Assembly (NCBI RefSeq): GCF_006345805.1
Contig: NC_043000.1
Location: forward strand, 31,124,001 to 31,188,000
From: Octopus sinensis
Lineage: Eukaryota
Reading direction: 5' to 3'
DNA: 64,000 bases
Part shown: one piece after another, positions 59,801 to 64,000 of the stretch
Numbering within the stretch: the first letter of the stretch is position 1
Layout of the letters: each line of letters begins with the position of its first letter
Made by a program: the position numbers and the translations under genes
Notes under the pieces: generated by a model
The model's database searches: none
What the model was told of the DNA's origin: nothing
Seen by the model: only the letters and a program-made list of their open reading frames with translations

Positions 59801-62712
59801 CATATTTTATATTGCAGTGTTCAAATTTTATCAAGGTCAACATGATACAACATCACCAAGTGATAAAGTTAAACTTCTAGAGTTAGACTCAGTTTTTATT
59901 TCAATAATATTTCTCAAGAGAGGAAGAGATTCTTTCCAAATAGCAGATATGAAATTATTTCACTGAAAACTGCCATGTCTATTACTTCTGTTAATGAACT
60001 TCACCAATCAAACTAACTGGGCCCTTACAATAGATAGGGGCTACTAATCTGGTTCTTATGACGGACAGTGGTTACATAAAAACTAACCTAGTTCTTACAA
60101 TGGATGACAGCTAAACTTAACATAGGTCCTACTGTATCAGGTAAAACTGATAAAATAGATTCTATTATTCACCCTGGTGTTGTAGACTTAAAATATTTGT
60201 TGGTTTTTCTTTTTCTGTTTAGATTTGTAAACGTCGACTCAAGTTGGTAAACAGTGCTGCTAAAAGTCCTTCCAGCCATAAAACCCCACAGAAACCATTT
60301 AAACATTTAGCTTTGTTACCATTGAACTCTATAAAAGCTGTGCTGGATATGAAAGAAACAGACAGTAAGTACAAATAGTCAAGATATACAGTCTTCTTTT
60401 ACCTTCTGTTTCTGTAGAATATGCAGCTCTGTATTGGATTGATTGTCTTCAGATTCTGCTAGGTAGGGGACCATTTCATGAAATTTAATCTTTTAATCAA
60501 AATCAAAGTGAAATTCAGTGACGGGCACGAGCACCATATGAGCGTGATTGTTGACAGAGCGGCTAACTGGCTTCCATGCCAGCACCATTCGAGTGTGATC
60601 ATTACCAGCTTCGCCTTACTGGCACTTGTGCCCCGTGCTAGTAGGGTGCTAAGAGCACCATCTGAGCGTGATTGTTGCCAGAGTGGCTAACTGGCTTCCA
60701 TGTCGGTGGAATGTAGGAGGCACTATTTGAGCGGGATCATGACCAGCGTTGCCTTATTGGTACCCGATTTCAAGGTTAGTTCTAAAATTATGCAAGAGTG
60801 ATGTAGTGTTAAACTGTATATTTTTTTTTCATAAAGCCAGCTCTAATGAGGTTGCTAGGTAACTTGCAAAACAAGACCCTCAACTGAGTAGGGTTGTAAT
60901 AGAGGGGGAGATGTCTTTATGCTATGATACAGGGATAGGGGTTGGTGTCTCGCCTTGTTAATGGATTCGTCGAGCATTAAAAAGGAAAAAGCACATAAAA
61001 ACGAAGGCAACTGAAATGAATACATACTGTGTAAGTATTAGGAAGCTAAAAACTGGGACTTGCCAGGGAGCCCTCAGTCTTTGTCCTGTTGAGGAACTCA
61101 CTTGGACTCTCATCACTGTTCAGCTTATGGCAGCACCTGAGGACATTAAATGATAAAAAAAATTATTTTAGAGAAAGAACTTTATTCATAAAAAAATAAT
61201 ATAACAATTAATTTAAAAATAGGGAGTTCCATTTTTTAAGAAATAAATTTTTATTAAATTTCATTGAAGGTCCCTTTTCTTGTTGAACCCCAATATTTTT
61301 TCACAGAACCTGCTCAAAGAAATACTCACTTAATACAAGACTTATTCTACTGTAGGATAAAATGAAAGTGATGATAATCTTTAATGTGTATCTTGGTTTT
61401 TAGAATCCTGTGCTTGTGTGTTGTAAGGGGCAACTAAAAGGGTTAGTATCAGGGAGGAAATCCAGTCATAAAAACACTGAACCTGAAAGTCTGTCTAACT
61501 CATGCCAGCATGGAAAAGTGGATGTAAAACACCAAAGTCAGTTTTAATCTTTTTAATTCATGTTTTTGCCATTATTTCTGTGCTGGGATCCATTGGTTAG
61601 TGTTTGGTAGGAATATATATGTGTATGCAAAGAGCACCATACGAGTATGATCATTGATAGAGCAGCTAACTGGCTTCCGTGCCAGTGGCATTTAAAGGGC
61701 ACCATTCGAGCGTGATCGTTACCAGCGTCACCTTACTGGCACTTGTGCCCATGCTAGTAGGGTGCCAAGAGCACCATCTGAGTGTGATCGTTGCCAGAGC
61801 AGCCAACTGGCTTCTGTGCCGGTGGCACGTAAAAGGGCACCATTCGAGCATGATTGTTACCAACGTTGCCTTACTGGCACCTGTGCTGGTGGCATGTGCA
61901 AAAGGATTTGAGCGAGGTCATTGCCAGTACCGCCTGACTGGCCCCCGTGCCGGTGGCACGTAAAAAGCACCCACTACACTCTCGGAGTGGTTGGCGTTAG
62001 GAAGGGCATTCAGCTGTAGAAACTCTGCCAAATCAAGATTGGAGCTAGTGCAACCATCTGGTTCCCCACCCCTCAGTCAAAATAATCCAACCCATGTTAG
62101 CATGGAAAGCGGATGGTAAACGATGATGATGATGATATAATAAGGAAGAGAATATTTGGGTGATATGGTTTTTGGAATGGTCTTTGGGGTTAAGACTGTG
62201 TTAAGGTCTGATATTAGAATGTCCCAAAATGTTTTATTCTTTATCTATTATTAACATGACATCCAACAAAAATATGTTAATTAACTCTATATAAAATGTT
62301 TCATTGAGAAATAGTTGATTTCTACAGATTTATGTAGAGATCATTTGCCCTTTATTAATCTGAAACTGAGAAGACTTCATTAAGTCAAAGTCACTGTTAT
62401 CAGATTGTTAGGTGTGTTCTTTTTGTATTTTTCACCTGGACTTTTAAACTCTAAATTATTTTATAGTTGGACTGAATATGTGCTTGTGTACAGAATTAAT
62501 TTATTAATTGATATAATTTTCATTTTTTGTTGTTTAAAGTATTAATTTGTATTTTCTTTCTCACAGCTTGTCAAAATGCCTTTGGTCTCACCTGTAACAA
62601 TGGAGACAAAGATGAATGGTATGCTTTTAAAATGGACTGTGATATTCCAAAGAGGGAATTTCAGATGCTTCTTTGTCGGTCGATTGCTGATACCTTATGC
62701 CGTACAGACTAT
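3849..62712 (+). CDS. ECT2: ECT2/pebble RhoGEF (BRCT-BRCT-DH-PH), partial; 14 coding exons in window
   Basis: Manual splice of 14 AG/GT-bounded exons gives one open frame of 559 codons with ECT2-like motifs in the expected order: GIPIMKVDW, THLVVD, WFWGSIQIDA, RKRRL, ELLQTEWNYVKIL, KAYPPFVNFFE, KPECGRQTLVELMIRPVQRL, YINEDKKKTE, LLSSHR, LFLFSD, CQNAFGL. Compared with human ECT2 from memory. Confidence 0.96.
4530..4815 (+). mobile_element. RTE 3'-tail repeat copy
   Basis: Family motifs, (GAT)n tail; ends approximate. Confidence 0.8.
5420..5823 (+). mobile_element. 3' end of an RTE-like LINE with (CAAGT)n tail
   Basis: C-terminal LASDRQVWLVFVRNA-like peptide, stop codon, then TCAAGTCAAGTCAA. 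Confidence 0.5.
6212..6311 (+). CDS. ECT2: ECT2 exon (BRCT2 start): MSFRLKPFEFCYLSFYGFKDEDQKQMEKLTSENG
   Basis: Long polypyrimidine tract + CAG, donor G/GTACTG; phase 0/1; resembles FKVPPFQDCILSFLGF. Confidence 0.92.
6360..6805 (+). mobile_element. RTE 3'-tail repeat copy
   Basis: Family motifs, (GAT)n tail; begins about 50 nt after an ECT2 donor. Confidence 0.8.
6995..7076. repeat. (CA)n microsatellite
   Basis: Direct reading. Confidence 0.95.
8380..9660 (-). mobile_element. 5'-truncated RTE LINE (ORF C-terminus plus 3' UTR and tail)
   Basis: CSICRKGVGRNSVQC, RIRIGWRKFRELLPLL, KGRLYDAC, LHGSETW peptides; (CAT)n tail near 8380. Confidence 0.85.
11399..11514 (+). CDS. ECT2: ECT2 exon (BRCT2): GTYVNCNDERATHLVVDDQITDYVPVISNPKGFVVRAE
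   Basis: TTTCAG acceptor, GTGAGT donor; phase 1/0; THLVV BRCT motif. Confidence 0.94.
12378..12740 (-). mobile_element. RTE 3'-tail repeat copy
   Basis: Family motifs; ends approximate. Confidence 0.8.
12977..13255 (-). mobile_element. RTE 3'-tail repeat copy
   Basis: Family motifs; ends approximate. Confidence 0.8.
14170..15660 (-). mobile_element. Internally deleted Ty3/Gypsy LTR retrotransposon remnant (RT fragment, integrase, PPT, 3' LTR start)
   Basis: KLSKEKCEFFMPRIKY (RT end), HTGHPRISRMKSLMRSYVYWP and CRGC (zinc-binding), VDSFTKW, IVSDNGTQF, QAERFVDTFKR (integrase core); PPT AAGGGGGAGA followed by TG at 14391; LTR end approximate. Confidence 0.85.
19258..19591 (+). mobile_element. 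RTE 3'-tail repeat copy
   Basis: Family motifs, (GAT)n tail. Confidence 0.8.
19981..20295 (-). mobile_element. RTE 3'-tail repeat copy
   Basis: Family motifs. Confidence 0.8.
20601..20968 (+). mobile_element. Non-autonomous Helitron, family copy 1
   Basis: A|TC 5' end, 3' hairpin CTATGACCTGGC-AAC-GCCAGGTCATAG, CTAG|T 3' end, no TSD. Confidence 0.85.
22163..22888. mobile_element. Foldback/MITE-like element with ~280-bp imperfect TIRs
   Basis: AGGATCTTTTCACTTTGAC ... GTCAAAGTGAAAAGATCCT; arms about 22163-22446 and 22576-22888; TATTAT on both flanks. Confidence 0.8.
22955..23017 (+). CDS. ECT2: ECT2 exon (BRCT2 end): WFWGSIQIDACACEDIYLFEK
   Basis: CCAG acceptor, AAG/GTAAGT donor; 63 nt, phase 0/0; WFWGSIQ motif; too short for the ORF track. 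Confidence 0.95.
23230..23688 (+). mobile_element. RTE 3'-tail repeat copy
   Basis: Family motifs, (GAT)n tail. Confidence 0.8.
23963..24222. mobile_element. 260-bp MITE with ~95-bp TIRs and TA target duplication
   Basis: TA|GGCAACC...GGTTGCC|TA; arms 23963-24059 and 24129-24222 nearly identical. Confidence 0.88.
25470..25572 (-). ncRNA. Predicted type I hammerhead ribozyme (antisense mirror copy)
   Basis: Same fold on the minus strand: core at 25557-25551, GAAAC-AUAG-GUC, triplet at 25487-25485. Confidence 0.7.
25609..25711 (+). ncRNA. Predicted type I hammerhead ribozyme (sense to ECT2)
   Basis: Stem I 5+8 bp around a 2x2 loop; core CUGAUGA 25624-30; stem II 10/12 pairs plus apical hairpin; GAAA 25685-88; minimal stem III C-AUAU-G; GUC cleavage triplet 25694-96. 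Confidence 0.75.
26103..26465 (-). mobile_element. RTE 3'-tail repeat copy
   Basis: Family motifs. Confidence 0.8.
28053..28269 (+). CDS. ECT2: ECT2 exon (linker with NLS-like KNRKRRL and PKRR, CDK-type TPVK)
   Basis: TTTTCAG acceptor, G/GTAGG donor; phase 0/1. Confidence 0.9.
29486..29705. mobile_element. piggyBac-type MITE, copy 1
   Basis: TTAA|CCCTTTCGTTAC ... GTATCAAAAGGG|TTAA. Confidence 0.8.
29738..29958. mobile_element. piggyBac-type MITE, copy 2 (same orientation)
   Basis: TTAA|GCCTTTTGTTAC ... GTAACGAAAGGG|TTAA; body closely similar to copy 1. Confidence 0.8.
30945..31286 (+). mobile_element. RTE 3'-tail repeat copy
   Basis: Family motifs, (GAT)n tail. Confidence 0.8.
31980..32092 (+). 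CDS. ECT2: ECT2 exon (DH start): KCSKDRNAIKPSQRCLVAMELLQTEWNYVKILHTILH
   Basis: CCCAG acceptor, GTAAGT donor; phase 1/0; DH CR1 motif ELxQTExNYV. Confidence 0.94.
32850..33610 (-). mobile_element. Old CR1/L2-type LINE ORF2 remnant
   Basis: FWKYV...SPVGPL...DPKECTELIAE linker peptide and KYRPIS motif, with many stops. Confidence 0.55.
34215..34545 (+). mobile_element. R4/Dong-clade (RLE-type) non-LTR retrotransposon C-terminal remnant
   Basis: CCVCKH*AETIDHVVSMC zinc knuckle, EYLNR, KMWNLKTKTIPVVI, IVLMGTAHIL; endonuclease core appears deleted. Confidence 0.72.
35020..36940 (+). mobile_element. 5'-truncated RTE LINE: RT domain, C-terminus, 3' UTR and (GAT)n tail
   Basis: KAPGPS, CYKGKGD, GVHQGS, LYADELVLIAES, LRVNIAKTK, RIRIGWAKFRELLPLL, HGSETW; continues directly into the ubiquitous short repeat. 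Confidence 0.9.
39565..39668. repeat. Compound (AGT)n/(AAT)n microsatellite
   Basis: Direct reading. Confidence 0.95.
39670..40170. repeat. ~500-bp interspersed repeat embedded between (AAT)n/(AGT)n arrays
   Basis: Complex sequence bounded on both sides by AAT-type microsatellites (about 39565-39668 and 40170-40250). Confidence 0.4.
40328..40516 (+). CDS. ECT2: ECT2 exon (DH): VFKEKIEEP...IKSIFGKIPPIYDIHCKI...VILKH
   Basis: TTTTCAG acceptor, GTAATT donor; phase 0/0; EIKSIFG motif. Confidence 0.94.
41316..41842 (+). repeat. 66-bp minisatellite, 8 copies, inside a tRNA-derived SINE
   Basis: Units start at 41316, 41382, 41448, 41514, 41580, 41646, 41712, 41778 (last unit has an 8-bp deletion); A-box/B-box-like head at about 41252-41315. 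Confidence 0.93.
42600..42710 (+). CDS. ECT2: ECT2 exon (DH): ADKLVKAYPPFVNFFEKTKESILECEKKNPRFHAFLK
   Basis: TAG acceptor, AAG/GTAATT donor; phase 0/0. Confidence 0.96.
43775..44045 (+). mobile_element. 3' end of a CR1/L2-type LINE
   Basis: RVAEAWNRLPASVV...SFKT C-terminal motif, stop, 3' UTR, (ATT)-rich tail. Confidence 0.7.
44320..44665 (-). mobile_element. RTE 3'-tail repeat copy
   Basis: Family motifs. Confidence 0.8.
45609..45810 (-). mobile_element. Non-autonomous Helitron, internally deleted copy 3
   Basis: Reverse complement of the 5' half of the family, joined to the last ~10 nt (TAGTGCTAG). Confidence 0.8.
46157..47160 (+). mobile_element. Head-to-tail array of tRNA-derived SINE units with a Nin/Deu-like body (about 5 units)
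   Basis: GGCGGCGAGCTGGCAGAATCGTTAG head, GAGTTCAAATTCC B-box, GTCGACTTTGCCTTTCATCCTTTCGGGGTCG body; units at 46157, 46377, 46561, ~46746, ~46957. Confidence 0.8.
47598..47955 (+). mobile_element. Non-autonomous Helitron, family copy 2
   Basis: Colinear with 20601-20968; A|TC ... CTAG|T. Confidence 0.85.
48150..49000 (+). repeat. Degenerate purine-rich minisatellite (GAGTCAAGAGATGGTGGG-like units)
   Basis: Many imperfect copies, strong G/A strand bias. Confidence 0.7.
50357..50453 (+). CDS. ECT2: ECT2 exon (DH CR3): VSLNKPECGRQTLVELMIRPVQRLGSVILLLN
   Basis: TTTCAG acceptor, G/GTGAGA donor; phase 0/1; PVQR catalytic motif. Confidence 0.96.
51051..51372 (-). mobile_element. RTE 3'-tail repeat copy carrying an internal AT-rich insertion
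   Basis: Family motifs interrupted at about 51243-51311. Confidence 0.8.
52149..52729 (-). mobile_element. RTE 3'-tail repeat copy
   Basis: Family motifs with several GTGCC-NNN-GGCAC modules. Confidence 0.8.
52730..53895 (+). mobile_element. Older RTE 3' fragment (ORF end, pyrimidine-rich UTR, tail)
   Basis: GRERPRKTWDEVVRTDL-type peptide; (GAT)n tail near 53885. Confidence 0.6.
54493..54771 (+). mobile_element. RTE 3'-tail repeat copy
   Basis: Family motifs, (GAT)n tail. Confidence 0.8.
55393..55787 (-). mobile_element. RTE 3'-tail repeat copy
   Basis: Family motifs. Confidence 0.8.
56112..56383 (+). mobile_element. RTE 3'-tail insertion with 78-bp target-site duplication
   Basis: 56034-56111 is identical to 56389-56466. 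Confidence 0.9.
56935..57016 (+). CDS. ECT2: ECT2 exon (DH): ILKRTPKTNPDSKKLEEAVKALKEVL
   Basis: ATCAG acceptor, GTGAGT donor; phase 1/2. Confidence 0.93.
57631..58045 (+). mobile_element. Dimer of the same SINE flanked by a ~25-bp direct repeat
   Basis: Units 57631-57861 and 57862-58045; GATATAAGTATGTGTGTGTGTGTGT at 57603 and 58046. Confidence 0.85.
58583..58661 (+). CDS. ECT2: ECT2 exon (DH end): YINEDKKKTENRVEMFDLFNDIECCP
   Basis: TCTAG acceptor, GTAAGT donor; phase 2/0; INEDK motif. Confidence 0.94.
58954..59073 (+). CDS. ECT2: ECT2 exon (PH): PYLLSSHRTFLKRVDTIELYGSVIPRGESLTLFLFSDNLS
   Basis: TTCCAG acceptor, GTAAGT donor; phase 0/0. Confidence 0.94.
60223..60364 (+). CDS. ECT2: ECT2 exon (PH): ICKRRLKLVNSAAKSPSSHKTPQKPFKHLALLPLNSIKAVLDMKETD
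   Basis: TTTAG acceptor, GTAAGT donor; phase 0/1. Confidence 0.93.
61630..62135 (+). mobile_element. RTE 3'-tail repeat copy
   Basis: Family motifs, (GAT)n tail. Confidence 0.8.
62567..62712 (+). CDS. ECT2: ECT2 exon (PH end): CQNAFGLTCNNGDKDEWYAFKMDCDIPKREFQMLLCRSIADTLCRTDY
   Basis: CACAG acceptor, GTAAGT donor; phase 1/0. Confidence 0.93.
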
Positions 62713-64000
62713 GTAAGTGAACTTATCCAATTTAGTCTCAATCTATAAAACCAGATTTGCATTAAGAGAATACTATTAACTTGATGTTATCTTTTTCATA
62801 AGACATACTTTGAATGGAATGTTTGAAATGGAATTTTTGAATAATATCATCTACCTTTACAACAGATTGGGAGTGAATCAAAAGTTTAAATCTTTTGAAA
62901 AACTCAGGAATCTATAAGACTGGGAAATGAATCCATGTTTTGTAGTATTGTGTGAACAAGAGATAAATCTTCCTGGTGAGGAGGTTAGTCTATCAGAAAG
63001 AATTCCCCAGAATATTTGCTAATTCTTAGTTCTCACAATCTGGTAAATTTAGACTGTCTAAGAATGATGTGTATTCACTATGGCATAATATATCTCTGGC
63101 TGATTTGAATTGATTGACTGTGTAATATCATCATCATCATCATCATCATCATTTTAATGTCCATTCTCTCATGCTTGCTTAGGTTGGACCAAGTTTATTC
63201 AGACAATTTCTCCATGGCTGATGCTATTCCGATTGCCAACCCACACCTATTTCTAGTATTTTCCTCATGGCCAGGCATGTTTGCACACAATATCAGTAAT
63301 GAATGGCACTGCTTGAATGACAGGACACTTATTTGCAACAATCACATGGTGTTAAGTCAAGGAGAGAGAGAGAGAGAGAGAGAGAGACACACACACACAC
63401 ACAGACACACACACACTCACTCACTCACTCTCACTCTCTCTCCTTCTCTGGAGCTTGGTGTAACTCTGTGACTTGCTGGGTCCTGTCAAACCATCCAATC
63501 CATGCCAGCATGGAAAATAGATGTTAAATGATGATGGTATGCTGGGTGTGTCCCAGTGTCCATATCTAGGGGTTTCATAGTTATAACACTGACACACAAA
63601 ATGTAGCTGGTAATATTGATAAAATAATAAATTTGTAAATGTTCTGAAATAAAATAAATAAGATTGAAGTCTGGTGCAGCCATCAGGTTCGCCAGCCTTC
63701 AGTCATTCGTCCAACCCATGCTAGCATGGAAGGCGGACGTTAAACGACGGCGGCGGCGGCTGCTGCTATGTTTGAAACTTGCTAGAATGGTTTGGAATTG
63801 AAAGGTTTAAAAGTGCAACATGGTAAAAATCCTAGAACCATCAGAGAGGGATGTGGGACTTGCTTAACATTTAGGAAAGACCTCAGTACTGTACTTTCAT
63901 CATCATTAGTGAAGAGTGTGATCTCTGGTAGTTTGACAAGGGATGAGGACAGTGTGAGATATAGAGAAATACACCTGGACACTGCTTAGATGATCTGTTA

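Overview
Eukaryotic (animal) genomic DNA, AT-rich and dense in repeats. The repeat families look like those of octopus/coleoid cephalopods; this is recognition by eye, not a database result. The window lies inside one large + strand gene, an ECT2/pebble RhoGEF orthologue. I reconstructed 14 consecutive GT-AG coding exons (3849-62712, 1677 nt, 559 codons, all splice phases compatible, no stops) covering the end of BRCT1, BRCT2, the NLS linker, the DH domain and most of the PH domain. The gene starts and ends outside the window. The introns hold about 30 copies of an RTE-LINE 3' tail in both orientations, longer RTE, CR1/L2, R4/Dong and Gypsy remnants, a decayed Tc1 transposon, non-autonomous Helitrons, several MITE/foldback elements, tRNA-derived SINEs and micro/minisatellites. 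The most unusual item is a 153-bp near-perfect inverted repeat (25427-25754) in an ECT2 intron. Each arm encodes a complete type I hammerhead ribozyme fold, one per strand, and the hairpin formed by the two arms would mask the sense-strand ribozyme. No prokaryotic features or CRISPR arrays. Most short ORFs in the supplied track are artefacts of repeats.
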